A stretch of DNA of 64,000 nucleotides from contig OY969767.1 of the NCBI GenBank assembly GCA_963702895.1, positions 2,304,001-2,368,000 on the forward strand, given 5' to 3'. Within the stretch, counting starts at the first letter, position 1. Each line of letters opens with the position of its first letter. The stretch is from an uncultured Elusimicrobia bacterium. GTDB taxonomy: Bacteria > Elusimicrobiota > Elusimicrobia > 2-01-FULL-59-12. The notes beneath the pieces are model-generated. The model was not told where the DNA came from. It saw only the letters and a program-made list of their open reading frames with translations, and ran no database searches. A program made the position numbers and the translations under genes. Of this stretch, positions 10,089-19,860 are shown piece after piece.

Positions 10089-11024
10089 CTAAAGGATGAT
10101 TGCTTCCGGGCTCATGCCCGTAATTTCCAACAGCCTGTAATGCCGGTCAAACGGATTTGTCGTTTTAAGGAGTTCCCCATAACCCTTCCATTGCCCAGCC
10201 AGCAGCGCCGGATAGGCGAAGCAGGCGAGCGGATAATCGGTCCCGAAGAGCATTCGGCCGTGAAGTTCCGGATGCCGCCGGAGCCGCAGGAGCATCCCGA
10301 CGCGGTTCGGCAGGCTGAGCGCGGAAGCGTCCCAATAGAAATTCGGATAGCGTCGCACGTACTCCAACAGCGTGGGCCAATATTTCTCGTAAAAGAAGAG
10401 ACCGAAGCTCGCGCCATGCGCCGCGATCACCTTGACGCCCGCTTCCAGTGCGTTTCGAAGCCGTGCCGGATCTCCCGCCGATTGGTCTTTTCCCCACAGG
10501 CTGAATTCGTACCCCACATGACAGAGGAGCGGGATCTTACGCTGAGACATCGCTTTCCAAAACGGCACAAAGGCAGGATCGGCCGGGTCGAATTGTTTGC
10601 TGTTGGGAAGCACCTTGATGAGCGCCGCGCCGCGGTCCGCCACCCGGTGAAGTTCCTCCACCGCCCCCTGTCGGCGCGGGTTGATGGAACAGCCCGGCAA
10701 GAGTTGATCGGGGAAGCGCTTGGCGACTTCCAGCACGTAGTCATTGGGAATCAGAAAGTGGGTTTCTTTCTTGTTGAGGCGGCCGCTGGCGTCGTAAACA
10801 CCATCCATCGCCAGAACGACCGCGCGCTTCACATACTTCGCTTCCTTGAGCAGGCCCACGAGCTTCTGAATATACAGCTCGTTGGTGCGCAGAGGATCAT
10901 CCGGTGATAGCCCCATCTTCTTCAACAACGACCGGAAGAGAATGCCGTTGAGCATCTTCGGCGAGATATAACAGCCGTTCTGGCCGTCCGGCAGCGCCGC
11001 CAGATGCGAGTGGACGTCGATCAT
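10089..11024 (-). CDS. Amidohydrolase family protein (Amidohydro_2-like)
   Basis: IDVHSH, LCHVG, AAHG, WDAS and FGTDYP motifs. Confidence 0.88.
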   Translation of the reverse strand: MIDVHSHLAALPDGQNGCYISPKMLNGILFRSLLKKMGLSPDDPLRTNELYIQKLVGLLKEAKYVKRAVVLAMDGVYDASGRLNKKETHFLIPNDYVLEVAKRFPDQLLPGCSINPRRQGAVEELHRVADRGAALIKVLPNSKQFDPADPAFVPFWKAMSQRKIPLLCHVGYEFSLWGKDQSAGDPARLRNALEAGVKVIAAHGASFGLFFYEKYWPTLLEYVRRYPNFYWDASALSLPNRVGMLLRLRRHPELHGRMLFGTDYPLACFAYPALLAGQWKGYGELLKTTNPFDRHYRLLEITGMSPEAIIL

Positions 11025-12874
11025 AATTCCCCCTGAATAATGGCCAAGACACCCTGCGCGGCCTGGGCCATGCGCTCATAGTCGAGTTTGTCAGCGGTAT
11101 CTTGCGGCGTGTGGTAATGGGGATTCCTGTAAGAGGACGTGTCGGTGAGCATCACGGCGGGATAGCCGTGACGCCAAAAGTTGCGGTGGTCGGAGAAGTC
11201 GACACCGGGCAGAAAGGAGGGCGCCGTCAGGATGCGCACGGGAAGAGGAGACGCCTCACGCATGCGCTTCTTCAAAGCCCAGCACCGTCCGAGAGAGCCG
11301 ACCCTGCCGATCAGAGCAAGATAATTCCCCCGCGAAGGGTAGAGCGCCTTCATGATAGGGACAGGGTACTTCTGGCTTCCGGGTTCGTCGCTAAAATAGC
11401 CCAGCATTTCGAGCGACACCATCAGGCGCACCCGAACACCTTCCTTCGCCAGGCTTGCCGCATGGACAGCGCTGCCCATCTCCTCCTGGCCAAAATAGGG
11501 AGGCTCTTCCAGCGTATAGGCCACGAGATCCGTCCTTAAAGACGGAGGTCTCTCTTTGAGAAGTCTCGCGAGCTCCAGGAGCGCGGCCACCCCGCTCGCG
11601 TTATCATCAGCCCCTGGATAGGGGCCGTCCGCGTCATAGTGGGCCCCGATGATGAGCCGTTCGCCAGCCTCTGGCCCAAAGCTTGCGATCACATTCCTGT
11701 ACGGACCCTTGGCGACTTGCTGATTTCTCTGGTTCCACTCCTTGATCGTATAAGACTGTTCCGTGAGGCGCCCGCCTGACTCTTCTAGGTGACCGCGGAT
11801 GTAATCGGCCGCCCGGTCCAGGTTTTGGATGTGATCTCCGTCCCGCGGGATCATTTTTTCCGATAGGGTGCGGACATGTTCTTCGAGTCTCTCCGGGGAG
11901 GCTTCACCGCTTGTCTGTATTGCTCTCGAAGGCCCCTTCTCCCGCCCTTCGGGCGGGAGAAGGCTGGGATGAGGGCTAAATTGTGCCCTCACCCGGTCGC
12001 CCGAAGTATGGCGACCGCCCTCTCCCACGCTTCGCATGGGAGAAGGACTCTCATCGAGAGATAAAACAAACTTTCTAATCGCATCAACATAGGCCTTGCC
12101 AGTGACTTCAAAACCATCGTTGTGGCCCCCTGTAAGCTCGAATAATTTCTTTGGGCCGGGAGCCGCCGCAAAGAGCGCTTGCGCCATCCAGAATGGAACG
12201 ATTTCGTCCTGCGGGCTATGCAGGATGAGGAGTGGGGCCTTCAGACGCGGGATCTTGGCCAGATTGTCATAGCGATAGCGCACGAGCCACCGGACCGGAA
12301 GCCAGGGGTAGACGAGCTTTCCCATCGCGAGCGTGGAGGTAAACGCGCTTTCCAGGATCAGCGCGGCGGAGGGGTGCCTTACAGCCATCTCCAGCGCCAC
12401 GGCAGACCCCAGGGACTCGCCATAGAAAATGATCTTGCCCTGTGGAATCTTTTGGGTTTCGACCAGATAGCGGTAAGCGGCCTCCGCGTCCTGGTAGGTT
12501 CCCTGCTCGGTGGGCTTGCCTTCGCTCTTCCCGTATCCGCGATAGTCAAAGAGGAGAACATTCAGCCCCAGATCGTGAAACAAGCGAAGCTTGTCCAGCC
12601 GGTGACTGATATTGCCGGCGTTGCCATGGCAGAAGAGCAGGGTAAGTCCCATTTTGGATTTTGGATTTTGGATTTTGGATGGGCGGCTCGGGACAAACCA
12701 AGCATGGATTTTCGTCCCGTCGCTCGCCTTGAGCGAGAGATCCTCATACACAAGCCTATAGACGCTGGGGGTCGCCGCCATGTCGCGCTCCGGATAGTAG
12801 AGCGTCCGCGGCTCAAGAGACCTCAAGCCCAGCCACATCAAGACGAGCAGAACAACGAGAACCATGATTTTCAT
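11021..12874 (-). CDS. Alpha/beta hydrolase fused to an M28 peptidase
   Basis: HGNAGN, DYRGYG, GESLG, GGHND; then GAHYD, GADDNASG, LEEPP, FSDH, HYH; repeat-derived linker. Confidence 0.85.
   Translation of the reverse strand: MKIMVLVVLLVLMWLGLRSLEPRTLYYPERDMAATPSVYRLVYEDLSLKASDGTKIHAWFVPSRPSKIQNPKSKMGLTLLFCHGNAGNISHRLDKLRLFHDLGLNVLLFDYRGYGKSEGKPTEQGTYQDAEAAYRYLVETQKIPQGKIIFYGESLGSAVALEMAVRHPSAALILESAFTSTLAMGKLVYPWLPVRWLVRYRYDNLAKIPRLKAPLLILHSPQDEIVPFWMAQALFAAAPGPKKLFELTGGHNDGFEVTGKAYVDAIRKFVLSLDESPSPMRSVGEGGRHTSGDRVRAQFSPHPSLLPPEGREKGPSRAIQTSGEASPERLEEHVRTLSEKMIPRDGDHIQNLDRAADYIRGHLEESGGRLTEQSYTIKEWNQRNQQVAKGPYRNVIASFGPEAGERLIIGAHYDADGPYPGADDNASGVAALLELARLLKERPPSLRTDLVAYTLEEPPYFGQEEMGSAVHAASLAKEGVRVRLMVSLEMLGYFSDEPGSQKYPVPIMKALYPSRGNYLALIGRVGSLGRCWALKKRMREASPLPVRILTAPSFLPGVDFSDHRNFWRHGYPAVMLTDTSSYRNPHYHTPQDTADKLDYERMAQAAQGVLAIIQGEL
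11935..12047. repeat. Palindromic repeat family A forming the inter-domain linker
   Basis: Two CC(T/C)TCTCCC..GGGAGAAGG hairpins plus gatgagggc/gccctcacc. Confidence 0.88.
12651..12680. repeat. (ATTTTGG)x4 heptamer array in frame, read as SKIQNPKSK
   Basis: Direct tandem repeat inside the hydrolase gene. Confidence 0.85.
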
Positions 12875-13491
12875 AGAGGCCCCATCTCGCGATCATGTCT
12901 CTTGCTCAAGAAGAGCAAGGCCGCCGCTGCGCCGATCAGCGCCGTCGCCATGTCCCATTGGGTGTCCCAGGGATCGCCTTGCGTGCCGAGGAAGGAGTCG
13001 GCCTTCTCTCCCGTCCAGACTGCTGCCTGCCATTCAATGAGTTCGTAACTCGCGCTGATCGCGAGGCAAATACAGATGACCATGAAGATGAGCCAGCCTC
13101 CGCGCTGAAGCACCCCTTTGCGCAAGAGGATCTCCCGGCTGATCATGGCCGGCACAAAGCCCTGCAGGAAATGCCCCACCCGATCGTAGTAATTCCGGTC
13201 CAGGTGAAACGTGTCCCGGATCCAATTGAAGAGCGGCACCTCCGCGTAGGTGTAGTGACCGCCGACCATCAACACGATAGCGTGAAGCGCCAGCAACCAG
13301 CACACGAGACGCGAAAACCTCCAACGGGAGTAGACAATCAGCAGAATGGCCGATCCAAGAAGAACCGGAAAGACTTCCATGAGCCAAGTGAACTGGTCAT
13401 GACAGCCCACAAAAGACCAGGCCATCACAGCCCCCGCGATGAGCCAAAGCGCCAGGTGTAGCTGTCGGTCAGGATTAGGGGTCAGAATCAC
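12871..13491 (-). CDS. DUF2238 (YjdF-like) membrane protein; native ATG displaced by IS4
   Basis: TWLME, GGHYTYAEVP, RNYYDRVGH, FLGTQGDPWDTQWDM; in-frame GTG at 13491-13489 is the IS terminus. Confidence 0.88.
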   Translation of the reverse strand: MILTPNPDRQLHLALWLIAGAVMAWSFVGCHDQFTWLMEVFPVLLGSAILLIVYSRWRFSRLVCWLLALHAIVLMVGGHYTYAEVPLFNWIRDTFHLDRNYYDRVGHFLQGFVPAMISREILLRKGVLQRGGWLIFMVICICLAISASYELIEWQAAVWTGEKADSFLGTQGDPWDTQWDMATALIGAAAALLFLSKRHDREMGPL

Positions 13492-14760
13492 TCGTGTCCG
13501 GTTAAAAATGCGAAATCCCCCTGGTTCGGTAGAATGATTGCGACCAAGCAAACCATTCTGTCCGAGGGAGGATTTCGCTCATGCATTCTAACACCATAAT
13601 GAACCAACTGCTTCTCCTTTTACCACGACATCAGTTCGACCAAGCCGTTTCTGGCTTCGGCGGCGACGCCTACGTTAAAAAATTCTCGACTTGGAACCAG
13701 CTCACGACACTCCTCTATGCTCAGGCCAGCGGTAAAACAAGCCTGCGTGACATCCAGACGGCTTTAGGCACGCAACAACCCAAGCTCTATCACTTGGGGC
13801 TGCCGCCAGTGAAACGTTCTACCCTGGCTGACGCTAACGCTGGGCGCGACTGGCGCATCATGGAAAAGCTCTTCTATCACCTGCTGGATCGGTGCCAAGC
13901 CATCGCGCCTAAGCATCAGTTCCGTTTTAAACACAAAGTGACCTGCTTCGATTCCACGAACATGGAACTGTGCCTGAACCTTTTCCCTTGGGCCACCTTT
14001 AAACAGGCCAAAGGAGCGATCAAACTGCATTGCCAACTGGACTTGCGTGGCCAAATCCCTTCCTTTGCCGTCATCACCGATGGAAAGTGCTTCGACCATG
14101 CCGCCAAACGTCTTTTTCCCTTAGAACCGGACAGCATCTATGTCTTCGACCGCGGCTACATGGATTACGGCTGGTACCGTCAGATCGACGATCTCGGCTC
14201 TTTCTTCGTCACCCGTGCCAAAGACAACCTCACCTGCCGCATCACCGGACAGCAAGAAATTCCCTTAAAAAACGGCCTGTTGTACGATCGCACCATTGAG
14301 CTTACAGGCCCACGCACCAAGACGAAATACAAGAAACCTTTACGACTCATCGGCTACTACGATGCCGACACCGCCATCACTTACCAGTTTATGACCAATA
14401 ACTTCAAACTGGCCGCTTTCACCATTGCCCAAATCTATAAGGCCCGTTGGCAGATCGAGCTGTTCTTCAAGTGGCTCAAGCAGCATCTCAAAATCAAAAC
14501 GTTCCTCGGCACTTCCAAAAATGCCGTCTTTACCCAAATCTGGGTGGCCTTGTGCTATTTCCTGCTCCTGGCCTACATCAAGTTCCAGACACGATTCCAG
14601 CGTTCGCTGTTCTTGCTGCACCGGTTGGTTCAGAATACCCTTCTCGACCGGCTCAGTCTCATCGATCTATTGCGTATGCCCGAAAAGAATCTTTCAAAAG
14701 TTCGAACTATGGAGCCTCAGCTATGGCTAAGCTTCGGCTAACTTTTACCGGACACCAGTG
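13489..14760 (+). mobile_element. Complete IS4-family insertion sequence, 1272 bp
   Basis: IRL cactcgtgtccggttaaaa, IRR ttttaccggacaccagtg; 9-bp direct repeat ggtcagaat at 13480-13488 and 14761-14769. Confidence 0.93.
13581..14741 (+). CDS. IS4-family transposase (DUF4372 + DDE_Tnp_1)
   Basis: RSTLADAN, FDST, FDRGY, YKARWQIELFFKWLKQ (YREK) motifs. Confidence 0.95.
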   Translation: MHSNTIMNQLLLLLPRHQFDQAVSGFGGDAYVKKFSTWNQLTTLLYAQASGKTSLRDIQTALGTQQPKLYHLGLPPVKRSTLADANAGRDWRIMEKLFYHLLDRCQAIAPKHQFRFKHKVTCFDSTNMELCLNLFPWATFKQAKGAIKLHCQLDLRGQIPSFAVITDGKCFDHAAKRLFPLEPDSIYVFDRGYMDYGWYRQIDDLGSFFVTRAKDNLTCRITGQQEIPLKNGLLYDRTIELTGPRTKTKYKKPLRLIGYYDADTAITYQFMTNNFKLAAFTIAQIYKARWQIELFFKWLKQHLKIKTFLGTSKNAVFTQIWVALCYFLLLAYIKFQTRFQRSLFLLHRLVQNTLLDRLSLIDLLRMPEKNLSKVRTMEPQLWLSFG

Positions 14761-14811
14761 GGTCAGAATCATAAAGATACGTTTGCGGCCTCGGCGATCG
14801 TGATGTCCATC

Positions 14812-14831
14812 AATATTAGGGCCCTAATATT
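14812..14831. promoter_or_regulatory. Perfect 20-bp palindrome, possible operator
   Basis: aatattagggccctaatatt upstream of the native DUF2238 start. Confidence 0.4.
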
Positions 14832-14891
14832 CCTAATGGGCACTAAGTCCTACCCCCAGAGCTATGCAGAACCAATTCTCTTTGCCCTGAA

Positions 14892-16880
14892 TCATTTTTC
14901 CTCCGGCAACAGTTTGGCAATCACCATCAAAAGACCAAGGACCACCAGGCCCATCACCGCCCAGAAGGCATACTTCATGCTGCCGGAGGGGATGGGCGCT
15001 TCCCACCAGGGTTTGACCTTAAGAACTTCTTCCGCGCCCAGACTCGCTTCGAACGGTGGAGTGGCCAGCAGTTCGCCGGCGATCAGGGCCAAGTCATACT
15101 GAGGCGCCGCGACGTCGTCATTGCCATAGTAGAGATAGATTTCCTTGCCGGGTGCCGCTTTGAACAGCAGGCGGGATGTTGTGTAGTAGCCTTTGGCGCT
15201 CGTGAGATGAATGGGCGGATTGTCCCGGTTGTCCGTTTCCAAGAGCAGCTTCTTGGACATGGGGTAGCGGGATAAGGCGAAATGAAATCCCTCGTTTGAT
15301 TCTCCATGCGTTCGCACCCAAGTGGCCTGACCCAGCGGACGGTGTTGCGTATCCCCCCGCTCGTCGAGAACATCTTCATACAGCGACACCGTGCGCTGAA
15401 AAAGTGGTTCCTGAACCCTAAAACGCAGTCCATTCAAGGGCAGGTTCGCATCAGGCAGGGTCAGTGTCCATTGGCTCACGGACCCTTTGGAGGGGACGGA
15501 TTCGATCGTGACCTCGAGGTCCCGGATAAGACCCCCGTAATCCAGCACGTAAGGCAGTTGCTTCCCCTCCTGCACAATCCTTAAGGCGGACAGACGCTGG
15601 CGGTTATGCGAAAGCACCTCCAAGTCGGGCTCCACACGCTGGATGCCGGCCTGGCTCAGGGTCACCTTCTTCCGAAAGTGCCAGAGCGACAGATCGATAT
15701 CGGTCCCGTGATCACTCACTTGCGGCAGTGTCGCGGGAGCGGCATAGGAGGGGTTCATGTTCAGCGGGCCGAGCTCAGCGGACAAAAAGGCAGCGGTGGC
15801 AAGACTCTCCCGAAGGCTGGCGACATCATAATTTTTTGGAGTGGCGACTGGGTTTCCTGACCAGAGGGAGTAAACTCCCGGAGCCGGCGCATGAAACACC
15901 AGATACGTGGGAACCACTTGGCAGGTGACCTGGGTGATGGACAAAGGCCGGCTATCGCCGTTTTCGATGCGCAGGGTTAATTGCCGGCCCGGCAGCCGGT
16001 GGCCCAAGGCTATGTCGAGCCCTTCTGCAGCTTTCGCGTCCAAGGCCACGCGGTAAATATACCCTTCGCCTAAGATTATCCCCTGAAGCTCCCCGCTGGA
16101 AAACTGTTTCATGCCGGCGGTCACGCGGCGACGGAACGTTCCCTCGGGTGTTTGCAGCCGAATTGAGTCCACCGTTAAGTTGTTCGCGGGAAGCAAGAGA
16201 CGCAGTTCGGTCTGGCGCGTGTCATGGAACGTCTCGAGCACTTGGACCGTCAGCGTGGACAGGTTCCCCACCTTCTTCGGCGCGCTATAGAGCGATACGC
16301 CCTGGATCCGGATCGGTGGTGTGGCTTTGTCGTCTAAGGTGATCCGAAGGTAGGGCCAGTGGGTTCGGGCGAATTCGACCGGCGTGCTCGTGGCCCCGTC
16401 CGGTTGTCGGAAGACCGGATAGGAATTCACCAAGGTGACCCAGTGGGTTTTATCTTTGGACCCCTCCAAGGTCACGGGCTTCAGGAAATCCTGGGTCGCG
16501 GTGTGAAGATAAACCAGATCGTATCCATCCGAGGCCCAGGCGGCGGGGACCTGCCCGGTCATGACGGTTTTCCCATTCGCCATGACGATCGTCATATTGG
16601 CGAGCTGGGTCTGGCGCGCGCTTTCGATCACCGGCTGGTCCATCAGGATAGACACTTCCTGACCCGATGGATCCATCAAGCGCAGGTCGGCTCTCGATGG
16701 CTGCGCGTTGGACAGTGTTTCCAAAGGCAACTGGACTTTGATGAAGCCCTGCTGGGCGACCTGGACATCCTGCGAAAACTGCCACTCCGATGGAACCGGC
16801 ACCGCAGAAACGGCACACCTCAAGAACAATATAGATAGCACTCCCGCCTTCGCGGGGGTGACGGTGAAATATTTAATCAC
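14892..16880 (-). CDS. DUF3999-like exported protein with C-terminal TM anchor
   Basis: GTG overlapping the upstream stop; repeated DLR/ENGDSRPL/DNRDNPPI and YGN..P.YDL motifs; follows DUF2339. Confidence 0.75.
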   Translation of the reverse strand: MIKYFTVTPAKAGVLSILFLRCAVSAVPVPSEWQFSQDVQVAQQGFIKVQLPLETLSNAQPSRADLRLMDPSGQEVSILMDQPVIESARQTQLANMTIVMANGKTVMTGQVPAAWASDGYDLVYLHTATQDFLKPVTLEGSKDKTHWVTLVNSYPVFRQPDGATSTPVEFARTHWPYLRITLDDKATPPIRIQGVSLYSAPKKVGNLSTLTVQVLETFHDTRQTELRLLLPANNLTVDSIRLQTPEGTFRRRVTAGMKQFSSGELQGIILGEGYIYRVALDAKAAEGLDIALGHRLPGRQLTLRIENGDSRPLSITQVTCQVVPTYLVFHAPAPGVYSLWSGNPVATPKNYDVASLRESLATAAFLSAELGPLNMNPSYAAPATLPQVSDHGTDIDLSLWHFRKKVTLSQAGIQRVEPDLEVLSHNRQRLSALRIVQEGKQLPYVLDYGGLIRDLEVTIESVPSKGSVSQWTLTLPDANLPLNGLRFRVQEPLFQRTVSLYEDVLDERGDTQHRPLGQATWVRTHGESNEGFHFALSRYPMSKKLLLETDNRDNPPIHLTSAKGYYTTSRLLFKAAPGKEIYLYYGNDDVAAPQYDLALIAGELLATPPFEASLGAEEVLKVKPWWEAPIPSGSMKYAFWAVMGLVVLGLLMVIAKLLPEEK
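16840..16863. repeat. Half copy of family B in the signal region (VTPAKAGV)
   Basis: actcccgccttcgcgggggtgacg. Confidence 0.6.
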
Positions 16881-19845
16881 GGCGCGCCTCCTTGGTCTTG
16901 TCCTTGGCGACATACTTCTGATAGAGAAACGAAACAAGCATGAGGATGACCGCCAGCCCCACAAAGGAAGCCACACGAAAGAGCTGCCCCAGCCGCCAGA
17001 GGTCGTGCAAGAAGACCTTCACGATCGTGAGGGTGAGCAAGCCCAGGCTGGCGTAGCGCGCCCCCTTGGAGGCCTCGCGAATACCCACCAAGAGCAGGCC
17101 AATCGCAAACATCGCCCAAGCCAGGGAGTAGGTGAGATCCTGGCCAAAACTGCTGGAGAAGTTAAAGGTGATCGTCGCTCCGGTGCTGAAGTAATCAGCG
17201 ATCTCAATGTTCAGCAAGAGGAAGAGCAAGATCGCCCCAAGGCTCTTGAGGAAGGGCGGCATGTCCGTGTTCATGAACATGTTTTTCGGAGATCTTAACC
17301 AAAACGCCGCGGCAAAGTAGCACAGCGCCGACACACCGTACACCCACAAATACCAATTGAGGAGCGGCGTGTCCGTGCGCGGGTGGTAGGAGAAGACCGC
17401 CGGGTTGATCGCCAGGCGGACGAAGGCGATGGTCAACAGTCCGACGGCCCATCCTTTAAGTCCTTCATGGGGTACTCGCTGGAACAACCACAGGAGCGCC
17501 GCTCCTTCCAGCGCCAACCCCAAGGTCAGCCATTCTTTATCGAACTGTATGGGCAGAATCAGCGTGATAAAGAAGAGGGCGACACCTCCGAACCAGGCAA
17601 GCAACGAGGTGCGCCGGGTGTCTGAGACCGGCACGGTCTGCACAATCAGGTAAAGCTGCAGCAGGCAGACCGCAGCAAACATAGCAGGGACTGTCCCGAT
17701 CGATCCTTTCCCCATGGCCTGGGTGGTGGCGTTATACACCAGCCAGAAATGGACCGGTCCCGAGAGGGCGGAAGCGATCCAGGGGAATGTCCCCCGGAGC
17801 CGTTTTTGACAGAGAAATGGGAAAACCGCATATACCCCATAGAAGAACAGATACCAAGCGGCTGCCATAGGCTCCTGCGGATGAAAGCTCTGCCGATGCC
17901 AGACGTATTCCACCAAGGCCGTGGAAAACAGTGCGACGAGCGCCACCGAGTCAACGGCCCGGTAGCGCACCAACCCCAACAAGAGTATTCCTAAAAGCAG
18001 CATCAATCCGAACACAGCGGAAGGATCGGGCATGTTCATTTTGAGACAGACCATGGCCAGCAGCGCAAACGGCATGAGTGCCGAAAAAACCGGCAATTGG
18101 GCGGCTTGTTCCGGGGGGATTCCACACGCCAGGGAGACTTTGGCGTTTCCTGGGAAGAGCGAAGCTCTCCTTGTCACGAGAAGACTCCACGCGAAGAAGG
18201 CGCAGGCAAAAAAAGCTAAGAGAATGAGAATCCCTGGCAAGCCAGCTGCGTCCGGCAGGCGAAAGAGCCAAACACCGAAACTGGCCATGACAAGTGCCAG
18301 GGTGGCCCCAGCCGCGAGGATCGACCCAGCGAGCCATGCCACCGCGACAGCGAGCATTCCGATCAGGAAGACCACCGGCCACATGACAAAGGAAAGGATG
18401 TCGCAGAACACCATCGCAAAGAGAATCAGAAGCAACATCAGGATCGGCGCCATATACCCCCATTGAAATGGGGAGGCAGAGGGTTTGATCCGTTGCAGCA
18501 AGATCGGCAGCGCGGCGTGAACGACAGCAAAGGCCATGTAATACCCCAACCCCCAATACAAGAGATCAGACTTCAAGTGCGCCGTGGTCCAGATCATGAG
18601 CAAGACAAAGGCAACCAGCCCTCCCACCACATACGCCGGTCGCATTTCGTCAAAACGGACCGCGACATAGGCCAAGAGCAGGCTCAAGACAAGCAGTAAT
18701 GTCAGAACCAGACCGGGACGCATCGCCAACGCCTGAAAGGTGAGCATGTATCCCACAAATCCCATCGATGCGAGCGGCAGGACCGCGCCGGGAGCGATAA
18801 AAGCCTGGCCTTTCGCCTGTTTCGAAGAGGCCCACTCGGAGGCGATCAGATAGAGGAGAGAGTTCGCCAGATAGATACCAAAGGCGATCTCGGCTTTAGC
18901 GGGAATGAAAAATTTGCCAGTCCAGCCGATCTCCATGAGGAAAGTCGCCGCGGCGGAGAGGCCCACCAGGAAGCCCCAACGTTTTTTCACGGCCACCGCG
19001 ATCAAGCCGGCGTCCAGAAGCGCGATATAGGAAAAGAGCGTAATCGGGTGATCGACCCCGGTCGACAGCAAGATCGGCGTGAGAAACCCGCCCACAAGCC
19101 CCAAGACCGCCACGTAGCGGGAGTCTAATCGCACGGCCAGAAAGAAGGACGCCACCGTAACGAGAATCATCAGTGGGAAGGCCGCTTCCGGGCTCAAGAA
19201 GTTATAGAACGACCGGCATGCGAAGAGATCGGCATAAAGGATCGAGATGCCCGCCGCACAAAGTGTTTGGACCGTCACCGCATACCCTTTGGGACGCAAG
19301 CCCAGACCAGCGATGATCACACCGATGCCTACCGCAAAACCCATCATCACCCGCATCAAGGGACTGATCAGGTTGTGGTCAATCGAATATTTGACAAAAA
19401 AGGCCATTCCCAGAAAGAGCGCGAAGCCGCCTAACCAAGCGAAAAGTTTCACACCCATAAAGCTTTCCCAATCGATCGCAGGCTTCATGAACGAAGGGTG
19501 GGCCGGCTGAGATCGCACGACAGCCCCTGGCAATGAAAACTTTTTAGGTTGTTCAGGAAAATCGCTCAAGACAGGGAAGACCGGCTTGGACTGGGCAGCA
19601 GGCTCAACCGGAGGAGGAGGCTGAACAGGACCCGTCGGAGTCAACTCAGAAGCAATGCCTGGGCTTTTGGGAGTTTCTTCCAGAAAACCTGGTAGTTGGT
19701 TGACGATCTTGACATGGAGCCGGCGGAGATTTTCTTCGAGCTCTTTGAGGCGGGTACGCATCAGCTTCACGTCCACACTCATGTCCTGGGTCTTAATCAC
19801 CAAATAGATGACGCCGCAAAGAAGAATGAAAACGATAAATCCCAT
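16873..19845 (-). CDS. DUF2339 predicted multi-pass membrane protein
   Basis: WESFMGVKLFAWLGG, GGFLTPILLSTG, KVFLHDL..RVASF motifs; many TM segments. Confidence 0.88.
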   Translation of the reverse strand: MGFIVFILLCGVIYLVIKTQDMSVDVKLMRTRLKELEENLRRLHVKIVNQLPGFLEETPKSPGIASELTPTGPVQPPPPVEPAAQSKPVFPVLSDFPEQPKKFSLPGAVVRSQPAHPSFMKPAIDWESFMGVKLFAWLGGFALFLGMAFFVKYSIDHNLISPLMRVMMGFAVGIGVIIAGLGLRPKGYAVTVQTLCAAGISILYADLFACRSFYNFLSPEAAFPLMILVTVASFFLAVRLDSRYVAVLGLVGGFLTPILLSTGVDHPITLFSYIALLDAGLIAVAVKKRWGFLVGLSAAATFLMEIGWTGKFFIPAKAEIAFGIYLANSLLYLIASEWASSKQAKGQAFIAPGAVLPLASMGFVGYMLTFQALAMRPGLVLTLLLVLSLLLAYVAVRFDEMRPAYVVGGLVAFVLLMIWTTAHLKSDLLYWGLGYYMAFAVVHAALPILLQRIKPSASPFQWGYMAPILMLLLILFAMVFCDILSFVMWPVVFLIGMLAVAVAWLAGSILAAGATLALVMASFGVWLFRLPDAAGLPGILILLAFFACAFFAWSLLVTRRASLFPGNAKVSLACGIPPEQAAQLPVFSALMPFALLAMVCLKMNMPDPSAVFGLMLLLGILLLGLVRYRAVDSVALVALFSTALVEYVWHRQSFHPQEPMAAAWYLFFYGVYAVFPFLCQKRLRGTFPWIASALSGPVHFWLVYNATTQAMGKGSIGTVPAMFAAVCLLQLYLIVQTVPVSDTRRTSLLAWFGGVALFFITLILPIQFDKEWLTLGLALEGAALLWLFQRVPHEGLKGWAVGLLTIAFVRLAINPAVFSYHPRTDTPLLNWYLWVYGVSALCYFAAAFWLRSPKNMFMNTDMPPFLKSLGAILLFLLLNIEIADYFSTGATITFNFSSSFGQDLTYSLAWAMFAIGLLLVGIREASKGARYASLGLLTLTIVKVFLHDLWRLGQLFRVASFVGLAVILMLVSFLYQKYVAKDKTKEARRD

Positions 19846-19860
19846 GAGAAAGCTCCTCCT

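Noticed and set aside
13492..13551. N-terminal extension of the DUF2238 ORF in the track
   Set aside because: Lies inside the IS4 left end; not native coding sequence
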